A stretch of 64,000 nt of DNA from the human T2T-CHM13v2.0 reference genome, Homo sapiens, in assembly GCF_009914755.1 (NCBI RefSeq), contig NC_060948.1; one strand, 5' to 3'. Position 1 is the stretch's first letter; the number at the start of each line of letters is the position of its first letter. The translations under genes and the position numbers were made by a program. The notes under the pieces were generated by a model. The model made no database searches and was not told the origin of the DNA. It was given only the letters and a program-made list of their open reading frames with translations. Shown here one piece after another: positions 11,525-22,515 of this stretch.

Positions 11525-13193
11525 GTCTTCATATTTTTCAGTCTCTACCAGCCTCATCAAGTTGATGCCTGGCCCCCTTAGGGTGTGGTGGTCCTTGGCT
11601 GGCCATTTTATAGATTTATGTCCACTGTTATTTCTTTTACTGCCCTCTAAACACTTATTTTTCCAGTGTCCCCTCTTTTTGGATTGTGCACATTGATCCC
11701 TATCTAGTCTCAGCTGACTTTTGAGTCTCTGCCCTGTTTGGCCCCTTCCACATCTGCATCTGTATCTGCGTCTGCTTGTGACGATAGCTTCCCTTTCCAT
11801 GAGGGCTGCCGCTAGCAGATTGGCCCGCTTCCTGAGTCTCCAATCAGCCTCCCTTTGTGCCTCCTGGTCACAGTTAATGTACACCTTGGTGGCCACTTCT
11901 AAAAGCTGGGTTGCCTTTATGCTTGCAAAACCATCTAGCTTCAGCAGTTTTTACCTGATATCCCCCTGGGCTTGTCCTACAAATGCTGTGCTTACCATCT
12001 GCCGATTCTTAGTATCCTCAGTGTCGAAAGGAGTGTAAAGCCAGAATGCCTCACAGAGTTTCTAATAAAATTGGCTAGGGCTCTCATCAGTTTCTGGAAG
12101 CACTTTAGAGATTTTTCATATACTGACTGCTTGTTTTCTGCCTTCCTTCAGACTTTGCAGGAGGGCTCCTCAGTACCTCTGCAGGTGCTGAAACTGGGTC
12201 AAAGCATGTGAGTCCCAGTGGGGGTCTTCCTCTGGGAACTGGAACTGAGCGTATGCCTGGAATGGCACATTGGCTTCTAGCCAGTGGAGGGTTGACTGAG
12301 CCATCCATCGGTGCTCTTTAGTGTTGAACAGCAGCAACAGAAGCTGTTTACTATCTGGCCAAGTTGGATTATGTGTCTGGAAAATAGACTACATCAGATC
12401 TAAGAGGGCCTGGGGCTTCTCCATGTAGGAGGGAATATGGTATTTCCAGTTTAGGGGATCAGTGATTAAAATAGGCTGGCAGATGGAGGTCCATTGCCCC
12501 CCATTGAATATGGCCATGTTCATCATAGTAGAGGGGTCCCCAAGTCTCCCTGAGAGGCATCTGCAGAACCGGGGCATGGCCAGACCAGAGGCAGCTCTCT
12601 TGATTATTCTGACAGTCCTCCTTGACCTCCTGGGACAGGGGCTCTGATTTCTCCCTTTGGGGTGAAACCTGGGGTGTGTCACCTTCTGAATTGACTCCTC
12701 AGAGGCCGTTGGCCTCGGTAAAGGGAGGCAGATAGGGGTATAGGGAGGAGGGATTTCTGTCTCCTCTTGTGGTTTCTGTAAAGCCAGTTTTTCTTGCCCT
12801 TTTTGTGGCTTTTCCTTTCTCTCCATAGCTGGTGGTGAAGCTAATTCCTCTTGTACTTTAAGCTCGGCTCAAGCCACAAGTGTTTTGCAACAAGCCATCA
12901 GGTAGGACTGTAGCCATCCTGCTCAAGTTTGGAGGATATTTAGCCATGAGTGAAGATAAGAAAATTAGTCTAGATGCCCTGGCTGTCCTCTGACCCCAGT
13001 CACCACTTGATGTACATGGCCAATTGTTCCCCTATCTGTTGTTCTTTCAGCTGGCCACGTGACACTAAAAGAGGGACACTCCATTTCACAAACGGTCTTT
13101 TATCTCTGGGGAGTCAACTTGATCCTATAATTCCCTTCTTAAACTTTTTAACATACATTATAATGCGGTGGGTTTTGACGACTTCCCTCCCAT
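11525..13193 (-). pseudogene. gag: gag, disrupted
   Basis: ATG at 13193 begins MGGKSSKPTAL. PPPY late domain (IPPPYTP) and degenerate NC knuckle DQCAQSKKRGHWKNKC are present. Confidence 0.9.
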
Positions 13194-13729
13194 TTCCTCA
13201 CAGTTATGGCACCATGCACTTACACTTTTACTTTTGTGCTTCACACTGATTAGACAGCCTCCCTTGCAGGAGTATTTCAGATGCTGCTTAGCTTTAATGG
13301 AGGGTTTGTATAAACCCTGAACCCAGACCACCACAATCACTAAATTGTGGGGTGCCTCACTAAGCCATATGTGCTAGTTCCAGAGGACGTTTGCCCGTAG
13401 TCCTGGTCAGTCCCACACTTCACTCAGGATGTACGGTCTACGCTAAGAGGCCTGCAGCCCCACACACATCACCCTACTCTTGCACACACATTCACCCACT
13501 TCCCTACCCTCAGTTCCTCTTCATAGGTTGGGGTGTAGGTTTCATTTGAATTAGCGAGCAAATCTTGCGTCCTGGGTCGGATAACTAGGTACACCCTGGG
13601 AGGTGATCCGGCTCCCATTCCATCTTTATGGGATGGGTCCTTCCTTGGGCCCCGAACCTTCCCATGGTTCAGCAGCACGCTGTCCGTGGAATTGTTCTGT
13701 AACCCCTTAGGTTCCATCGTGCTGGAATA

Positions 13730-14060
13730 GCTTCATTATTCCTTCTAGAAGTGTTTTGTGGATTTGTGTGTTGGGAAGGTCATGCTCTCCTGGTATTTTG
13801 ACTGGGAGAGAAGAGGATTTCCTCGAAGCCCTTTTTATCTGTGCCTATTGGAGATTCTCAACTAAAAGCTCTTACAGTCCATCATCTGGGATATTGTATG
13901 GAAGACCTAAAAGAATCCAATAAAGGTATCATACTATCACTCTTCAAGTCGTGAAGTCCCTAGAGAAACTGTCTTCCTCTTTCTAGATTTCAGAGACTTT
14001 GTTTTCTAACATTATGTCAGAAACACTGGCGTGCTGCATTGTAACTGGAAATTCTAAAAA
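13730..14060 (-). mobile_element. Ancient L1M-type 5' fragment
   Basis: cttcaagtcgtgaagtccctagagaaactgtcttcctctttctagatttcagag resembles old L1M 5' ends (recalled). Confidence 0.45.
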
Positions 14061-15376
14061 GTGAAAGTTATAGAAAGGCTTTTAAAGTACCATGGAAAGG
14101 AAATCTCGTAATGCAAATCATGGGATGATATTATTACACAGAATGACATGATGTGATTTACCTACAATAAAATGATTGTATAAAATAAAGTCTTCACCAA
14201 AATTAAATGATCTCAAAGTCTTCATAATATATGTGAAACTGATTGATAGCATATAAATAATATAGATCAAGGAAGAAAAGATAGAATACCTGCCATACAC
14301 TTGGGAAGATAATATAGTTGGCAATGCTTCCAGAAAATATAAGCAAAAATATGTCTTGCCACAATTGCTGAAAGGATATAGTAATAACACCTTTCTAAGA
14401 GGTTTTATTTGTTATGTAATGAGTGAATTAAAAGAAATCAAGCACTTATTTCTAGCTCTCGGGAGCAAAGTGAAAATTTGCAAAAGGAACTCTTATGAAA
14501 GCAAGAGATTATAAGTGTAAGACAAAATTATTTTAAAAATAAACTCAATATCAAGAAAGAAATCGTTTCTGTGGTTTGGACTCCAATAATATTCATTTGA
14601 GATCAACATTGGTAGTTTGTTGAAATAGTCAATTGAGGAGTAATGTTGGATATATTCCCAGGAAAGAGACCATTTCTTTGTTCAGTGGGGCTGGACACCC
14701 TTCCTAAATAATTGTTGAAAGTAGGTGTTGTTCAGACATTCAGTGGGAACATTTCAGTCAATACCAAAAGCCATGCCCACAGATACTAGGATCTAACACA
14801 AAATGAGATTTTCATTCAAATCCATGAAAGAAAGATTTATAACTCAACCTCTATCCTGTGGTATATTCAAGACTGAGGAGAGGATTTTCACAGTACCTAA
14901 AATATATAACTTCCTCGAAATCAGACTGGTATAAACTACTAGATATGAACAATTAAGTTCTTAAAAATCTGGAAAGATTAACGTAAAACTGCCCCCCAAC
15001 AAGAATAACTTTGCATTCAAGAACTTAAGATTGCTTTACCACTTCAAAGGCAACATTGCTAATTCAATGGTGGACATTCCATGCCCTACGGGCTAGTCCA
15101 GGAAGACACTTAGGCGTCACACTCAAAAACAAAAAGTTAAATCACGAGTCTTCATAATAATTAGGCTTAGGTATTGTTTGAGATGAAGAAATAGAATCTA
15201 AAGGCAAAAACAGGTGAGTAGCAGGACACAAATAAATATTTTAAATAGACAATTATTCATCATTGAAAAATGAAGCACATGCTAAAGGAAATCAAAGAAT
15301 TTTTTGTTTGTTTCTTATACAGTAGATTCAGTATAAATATAGCAAGAATAAGTAGTTTCCTAAGTAGATCTCAAAG

Positions 15377-15607
15377 TAAGGTTGCCACATGTAGGGAGAA
15401 AATACAGGAATTTAAATGTCACATTTTAATTTGAAATTTGACAATTTGTTGACAAAAAACAAATAATTATTTTTAGTATAAGTCTGTCCATGCAATAATG
15501 AGAATATTACTAAGTTACAAGAATATTGACAATTATACTAAAATGCTTTTTGTTGTTTATTTAAAATGAAAAGGTAACCGAGAAGCCTTCATTTTATCTG
15601 GTGACCA
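15377..15607. mobile_element. MER53-like hAT MITE (palindromic)
   Basis: Ends taaggttgcca...tctggtgacca, with internal aaaatacagga and ttttagtataagtctgtcc. Confidence 0.7.
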
Positions 15608-16179
15608 TCTATGAAAGAGAAGTTATGAAAGTCAAGCTCAGAGTAGGAAGCTTTCATCTACATTCATGAAAAACACCGTAAGACAAAAATGTGTAGAAAG
15701 GGCAGCAGGCAGAATACAAAAATAATCTCTACACAGAATATGATTCCACATACACTGTTGGTATTTAAAACAAAGTTTCAACTCACAAAGATTATGCAAA
15801 TATCAAAGACTTATCAAAAGACCAAGGAAAAGAAGAATAAAAGTTTCCTTCTTTCTTTTTACAGAATGAAGGAAAGTAAACCTCTAAATGAAGGAGGTAT
15901 TACAAGAATTTTTTTTTATGGGGCTAATAAATGTTTTACTTTGTTAGAAAAAAGTTAACTAACTGGGTCCTACTGACTAACTACAGAAAGGGTAGAAATA
16001 TCGTGATTAATGTCAAAAGCAGGAAAAGAAATAAATATGAGTAAGACAATTAAATCAACACAGTTAGGGAAAACATGTGGTGGGTGGGGAGAGGAAGAGA
16101 AAAACTAAGGCAAATGGGAGGCAAAGGCAGAGACAAAGAAAATCCAGGGTAGAACAACTGTCTAATCGGATATCGGTTA

Positions 16180-16650
16180 TGGAGATAACAGAGTAACCAT
16201 ATTAGATATAAACTGTTTAAATTTCTGTGTTAAAATATAAAATACTCATATTAGATTGAGAGAAAAAATTGCTTTTACCTTGAAATAATGACACTGAAAT
16301 ATTGAAAATGAAGGTTTAGAGAAAATTAACAAGTATTTGTCAAAAAAGTAAGGCCACTGATACTATATGAGGCAAAGGAGATTTTTAAGAAAAATGCAAG
16401 CAATAAAGAGGGATAATAATATATAACTTGTAAGGTGACAGACAAAATAAGAAATATCAACATATGAACAAACTTTTAAAGATAATATAACAGTCAGGAA
16501 TTTAAATGCCTCAGTAGCATTGACTCAATATACACCGGAGGCAAATTTTATAAATGTCTATTTAGGTAGACAAATCCCAGTTGTAGTGAGAGGTGTTTAT
16601 TATATTACTCACCGAGACTGATGAGTACACAGACATTTAAGAGTTAATAG
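16180..16650 (+). mobile_element. Ancient L1 ORF2 (endonuclease) fragment
   Basis: A-rich degenerate traces of the RDKEG..I..KG and DKS.IVG.F motifs (aataaagagggataataatata; gtagacaaatcccagttgtagtgagag). Confidence 0.55.
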
Positions 16651-16871
16651 AAAGACTTTGCAATGTTTGTGTACTTACTTTTCTTCAGTTTTTTAATGTG
16701 AAGCCAAGTAGTAGAGCACACTTTTAGGATTCTACTAGCTCTGCTAGCAGAGCAAGTATTAATACAGAATAACCCTCTTCCCCTTTAACATCAAGTACGT
16801 CTCATCTAACTAGCACTTTGTTTTGCCTTCTCACATGCTCACTAGACATCATGCTCAACCTTCTCTTCCAG

Positions 16872-17018
16872 ATCCACTTTCTCATGATACTGTTTTCTAA
16901 CTGGTCTTACTTGGATGCCAGCAAAATGCAGGCTTACCAGGATATCAAAGCAAAGAAAGAACAGGAACTACAATATATCCAGTTTCAGTAAAAGAAGTAA
17001 CTCAATTCTTACACACGA
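16872..17018 (+). pseudogene. GPM6B: GPM6B pseudogene terminal coding exon
   Basis: cttctcttccag| then IHFLMILFSNWSYL-DASKMQAYQDIKAK, then (frameshifted) EQELQYIQ...LNSYT. This matches the GPM6B C-terminus IHFLMILSSNWAYLKDASKMQAYQDIKAKEEQELQDIQSRSKEQLNSYT. One codon is lost and the stop is now CGA. Confidence 0.93.
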
Positions 17019-18850
17019 ATGTTTGCCGGGGGGCTTTCAGTCAATGCATTTACAGCCCTGACAAATTATGAGACAGCTGCTCTGCATTACACATGAGTAT
17101 TCCACCAAACTAATGTAGACATTCAAACACCTCACTTTCTCTCTCAAGCTGCTGGGATGCAGCGCCTGGAATACCTTGCAGTGAGGAAATCTTTTTCTTT
17201 AGAGCAAATATTGGAAGTTTCATGTTAGCCATTTTAAAAGGCAACACTTTGACAAAATGACCTTTCACTCTTTGGAAACTGGGGGCACATTCACATTTAC
17301 TGCTAGAACATTTCTCCCAAAACACTCAGTGTAATATGTGGTACTCTTTGATATGGACTGGTGACATGCCGGCATCAAAAGATGAGACCATACATTTACA
17401 TGTACGTCATTTATTCTCAGTTAAGTGTTATCTACATAGGAAATAAACTGAAATTGTTGTGCAGTTTCAATTCTGACTGCTGACATTTATTAAACTTTGG
17501 CTCAAAGGTAGTGTGATTCGTCTCATGATTGACTTTTTGTACTAGCTTTCTCTCCCAAGTCCGTGTTCCATTAATTTCCTCAGCCAATAAGAAAATATTT
17601 TTCAATAATGCTAAAATTAGCTCCATTTGCTGACCCTACTACTAAAGAATCTGGATTCGGATTCATTGACAAGAATTCCAGAGGCACTTTTATCATAAGT
17701 TTTATTTCAACAAAATACTGATCCAGTTTTTATTATCCTCAAGAGTTAAATGTCAGCTCTGCCTTAAGGAGTATTTGGTATATACATTTTTCAGAATTTG
17801 TATCATAACCAGAGATGCAAATATCTTTAATAGAATTTTGTTCTGTATATTTTTTTTTAATTAAGAATTGTTACCTTACTCAAACGACCACCTTTTTAAA
17901 CCATTTTTCAGTGGTCTGTGTAAACAGTTTCATATCAATTATCTGAAACCTAATTTAAAATTGGCCACAGACATCTAACCTCCTACTGTTAACAGACTTG
18001 AAGATGTAGATAATTTAAATTAGGGTTGGCATTTCATTTTTTCTTACCTATATCTTAATTTCTTGGAATAATAAAGTTTGATGTTCCACAAGAAAACTAC
18101 TTAAGTCATTTTCAAAAGAAACTTGCCATCTGCATTACTGTGTTCCAGACATTAGGTGACTATAGGTACTGGGTGTTAGCAATGGTAAACTCCGTGCAGT
18201 TCTTTATGAAATGCTATATGTAACTGTTGGGTACATCAGTGCTTTCCAAATGGGTTGCTTAATATAGGATCCACTATGTATGTTTATGTTAAATGGTAAC
18301 TTGTGATTTGGCTGTTTCCTGGGTTTTAGAACACCACAATGCAGAAATATATTCAAAATTAACAAAAGTAAACTTTTATCTGGATGCTATTAAATTTGAA
18401 CATCAGGTATCATACATCAGCAGATCTTTTTTTTTTTTTTCTTTTTCTTTTTGTTACTCCATAAAAACACCTGTTTGGGATTTTTTCTTTTAACTGGGAG
18501 AAGCGCTCTTCTGTACAGAATGGCTATTCTAAAAATAGCTACGTGTTTTATTTTCCTCTTGCATGACAGATTTAACTATTCTTTCCAGCAATGGTGGTGC
18601 CTTCAGAGTCCAGTACTCCAGAAGAGTTAGTGTCTTGAGCCTAATTTTACATTTCTAATTCTGGTAGCTATTATCAGAAACTTTTGAAAGTTTTGTTTAT
18701 GTAGCCTAGTATTTTTAATGTAAAGAGAATTAAATTTTGCTATGTATAAATTTTTGTAACCTAACAGTGAATCCATACTTTCAATCAGTGTCAAAGGCTT
18801 CCTATAGTTCTACTCAAGTGTTACAATAAATAATTGTAGATAATAGTCAA
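17019..18850 (+). pseudogene. GPM6B: GPM6B pseudogene 3'UTR with polyA signal
   Basis: Repeat-free AT-rich stretch following the exon. AATAAA at 18825-18830 is also preserved in copy A (428-433). Confidence 0.7.
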
Positions 18851-19900
18851 TATTTGTGTATGCTTAAAGATCTATATTGGTGAAAATAGTAGCGGATGTA
18901 GTAAGAGAAATGAAATAAAAGTATAGCTTCATTCACTTGCCTTTTTACCATATGTACATCCAATCTTTCTTTGTCCTCAGTGTGGTGTCACTTTGGAATA
19001 ATGTGCATAGTAAAGATTGCACATTGGTGTGGAAATCAAGTCCGTGAGCGCTACTTTGTTTATTTCTGGCAAAAATCTCTTCAGCAATTTAAGAAAATAT
19101 TATAGCCTATTGGGCTGTATTGGGCATAAAAGTGCCCCTAGCACTTCTGTGGTTTTCTGTAGAAAGTAATAGCTTTTCTGATTAGTTTTGAAATAAATAA
19201 ATGCCACCTACCTACGAGATTAACAAGGCTTGAACTTTTGCAAATTACAAACGATCAAGGCCTGTGTGTAGTTGTTTATTTTTCAAATCAAAGGTATAAA
19301 AATGGAAAGATTTACTCAGAAATATATAGAAAACCAGTTCTGTCACTCTCTAGAGTTGCAGAGCTAAATATGTTACTCAGAATTTTATTATATAATCTGT
19401 TTGAACTCCTTATCTGTCAACATAATTCTGAATTTGGATTCTCTGCATCTGACCTTCCTTAGTGAGGCCTAGGATTTGTCACTACTGACACATGGCCACT
19501 CCTAATTGAGGTGCTGACTCTGGATCATCACCCTTTATTCTGGCATGACAGAAAAACCGTCAGCAGTTCAATTAGTGTGCTATCTGTCACACTGCTTACT
19601 GCCTATTGTTTAAGTAGCGTTTTGTGCAATTATTTGTCACATGAATAGATAGAGGAAACTGTAAATAATACACAGATGAGATCACAAGCACCTATAAATT
19701 ATCCATAGTGATTCTGCCACAAAATCTAGGACACTCTAGAGGTCTGAGTAGAGATTTTTTCCAGTTCTATGTTGTAAAAGCTAACTTTTAAAAAATAAAA
19801 ATGAGATCAATTGTAAAGGAGGAGCCCTGTTTTTAAAAACTAACGAAATACTTGAAGCCCATTCATTAAGTATGAGGACCAAAATTTCCACAATAAATAT

Positions 19901-20278
19901 GCCATCTCAGTATGTTCCTGATGCTATAACACAGTACCTTGGACTGGGTAACTTATGAAACTGGAAAGAAATAAATTTCTTACAGTTTTAGACACTGGGA
20001 AGTCCAAGATCAAGGCACTAATAGGTCCAATGTCTGGTGAAGGTGGGTCTCTTCTTCCAAGATGGCACCTTGTTGCTGTGTTCTCCAGAGAGGACAAATA
20101 CAGTGTCCTCTAATGGTGGAAGGGCTAAAAAGCCTAGCTACTTCCATTGAGTTCTTTTATAAGGTCTCTAATTGCACTCTTAACCTCCTCCCAAAGTCCC
20201 CACTTTTTAATTCTATCACACAGGGGCATTTAAATTCCAACATATAAATTCTGGAGCGACACATATATTCCAGCCACA
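19901..20278. mobile_element. MaLR LTR (MLT1A-like)
   Basis: gctataacacagtaccttggactgggtaactt...ctgggaagtccaagatcaaggca...cttccaagatggcaccttgttgctg. Confidence 0.8.
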
Positions 20279-20649
20279 GGTGTCAAATGGAAAGACCACA
20301 GGCAATATTGTACTATTTCTAATGCCTAGAAAAATGTGTATCTTAATGTTTAGGTAGAAAACAGAAATATGCTGGGAAAAACGACGTCTCGTTGTAAAGA
20401 TCACAGCCCAACTCTTCGGAGGAAAAAACACAGCTTACCCTTCTCAAATGTAAGCCTAGATTTGAGGAATATAGTAGGTTATACTTATCTAAAAATTTAG
20501 TAGAAAAATAAGAAGGCTTTTTTAAAAGAACAGCTCCTTTTAGTATAATGAATGAGACATTTTATGACTGGAAAAGGGGGTTTCACTTGACTCGATTATT
20601 CTCGGTTCATACACTATAGTACCAAATACATTAGGAAAAACCAGTACAC

Positions 20650-20811
20650 TGGATTACCCACCGGTTTCTATTCAGAGTTTTGTCTGATGACAGAGAAACC
20701 TTTACAAAGGAGTAAATGTTATGTAACTTCTCATCATATTGAAATTAGAAGCTGGGGAGCAAACCTGGTTACCAAGAGTCATCTGGTTCGTCATGAGAAA
20801 AGCCTGTTAAA
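20650..20811 (-). pseudogene. OFD1: OFD1 pseudogene last exon (23) with 3'UTR
   Basis: Minus strand 20811-20769 reads LTGFSHDEPDDSW* versus OFD1 LTGFSHEELDDSW*. The acceptor is mutated AG to AA. Confidence 0.92.
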
Positions 20812-21108
20812 TTAACAAAGGAAAGAGAAAAATTAAAGGGTAAAAATTTTGAAAATTTGTGTCGGACTTTTCTGGTATCTTTATAATGGTTTCAACTTAT
20901 ATCCTGGGGAGTTTCTGGCCTAGCTTATAAATTACATTAGGAACAATTTCACACGTTAAAAATATCAATCCATTCTTTTTATAGTCAGTAATTCTGACTG
21001 ATTCAATAACTTCTTACGGGCAACCTCAAATTTCTATCCATTTCTTTAGCTGACACAATGAGCGATTAGCTGTTCACATATAAAACACAGTGTTGGGAAA
21101 CCAAGTCC

Positions 21109-21175
21109 ATTTCAACTTTTTCCGTAGATTGAAGCATGTCTATAGGGAGCCTTCCTGAACCACCTTTCTTGAGCT
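21109..21175 (-). pseudogene. OFD1: OFD1 pseudogene exon 22 (copy B)
   Basis: SSRKVVQEGSL/DMLQSTEKVE. AG is intact and the donor is GT to GG. Confidence 0.87.
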
Positions 21176-22364
21176 CTGATTATGTGGCAGAAAGGGAAGA
21201 TTTTTGAAATTTGGTATGTATTAATTTTATGATATAAGTTTCTCTAAGAACCATTTTTGAAACATATATGTCATTTAAAAGCCTAAAAACGTTGTGACTG
21301 ATAAATACAAAATTTAGCAAGCACATCAAAATAAACGATCAGGTATGCATTTAACACCATGATACTTCAGACTTATATAAAATATTAATGTCAGTACATA
21401 TGTACTTGTTATATGATAATAGTTGTTTTCTTTCTTGTTCCTAAAAAACATGAAAAACCCTACCTTTACAAACATTGATAAACCAAAACCTATTAAATAC
21501 TTTGTCTTAAGAAAAAAAATCCATAATTTTTTTCAAAACAGCATTACCTTTAAATGACTCAAGGTTCCATGTGAAATTTAGATTTTTTATGCTTTCCACC
21601 TTTTTGTCTTCAATGGAGGAGAAAGATTACTCAGATGTGGATTCCTGTTCCAAGGAGTTAAAATAAACCACAGAAGCCCTGTGTGTCCCCCACCCACAGC
21701 ATGTATGCTAGTGAAGTAAGTTTTTGTAATGAAAGTCATTGCTGTCATCATTGGAAAACAAATAGATCATCTAAATGCTGGGAGCGATGAATTTCCCTCA
21801 AGCGTCCTATGCTTTAGATCTGAATTAACCAGGAATCCAGGGAACATCCATGTGTTATGGTAATTCAAGCAAGACTTAACAACTGTGTTAAGTGGACAGA
21901 GTAATCCATCTGATAGGACAAGAATGAGAACCCAGAAGGGAAGAGAACCTGCGGAAAAAGGGAGGCACCAAATGCCCCTGGAAGCAGCCTTGGACTGGCG
22001 GCCATGTCCGCCCTTGGGGTCTTCTGATGCCAGCTAGCTGACATTGACAGCCTCTTCTTTAAAGTCTGTTTTCAAAGCAACATTCTGAAGCAAAGCACAG
22101 TCTACATTTTTTACAGACTTATTTAAGGATCAAATAGAATGCACAAAAATTACCTTCAAAAACAGTCATATACTATGAAACTCCTAAGCTCCATATTCTG
22201 TGCAGCCTTTCTTACTGCTTGTAAGACAAGAAGAGAACAGGGGTGCCTTTCAGGGCACATGCCACTCTTCTGACTTTGGACACTAATTGACTCCCTTCCC
22301 TGACCTCAACGTACTTATGAAAGCTGTACAATGCTGGAACTTGTACAGAGAAGCAACTCATTAC

Positions 22365-22515
22365 CCTTTTGTGATCTAGATTTTCTAGCTCCCTTTGTTC
22401 CCTTGCTAAAATGTAGGTTACTCTGCCGTTTTTCTTCTCTGCCTTTGTTCTTTCACTTGCTGTTGCCATATTTTTTCTTCTTGCTTTTGTTCCTCAATTG
22501 GTTTCTGAACTATAC
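22365..22515 (-). pseudogene. OFD1: OFD1 pseudogene exon 20
   Basis: QKPIEEQKQEEKIWQQQVKEQRQR...LAREQRELENLDHKR versus OFD1 [24 protein letters not shown]...LERERRELEKLYQER. AG and GT are intact, with indels. Confidence 0.9.

Larger units (their letters stand above)
5013..13725 (-). mobile_element. HERV-R/ERV3-family (class I, gamma-like) provirus 1; 5' LTR and PBS missing
   Basis: 3' LTR 5013-5599, followed by PPT, env, pol, pro, gag and part of the leader, all on the minus strand. The env is closely similar to ERV3-1 env. Homology to the provirus 2 leader stops at about 13725. Confidence 0.92.

Noticed and set aside
16872-17018. Processed (retro) GPM6B copy
   Set aside because: The exon is preceded by a polypyrimidine tract and AG rather than the upstream exon. 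There is no polyA tail or TSD, and synteny with OFD1 is kept.
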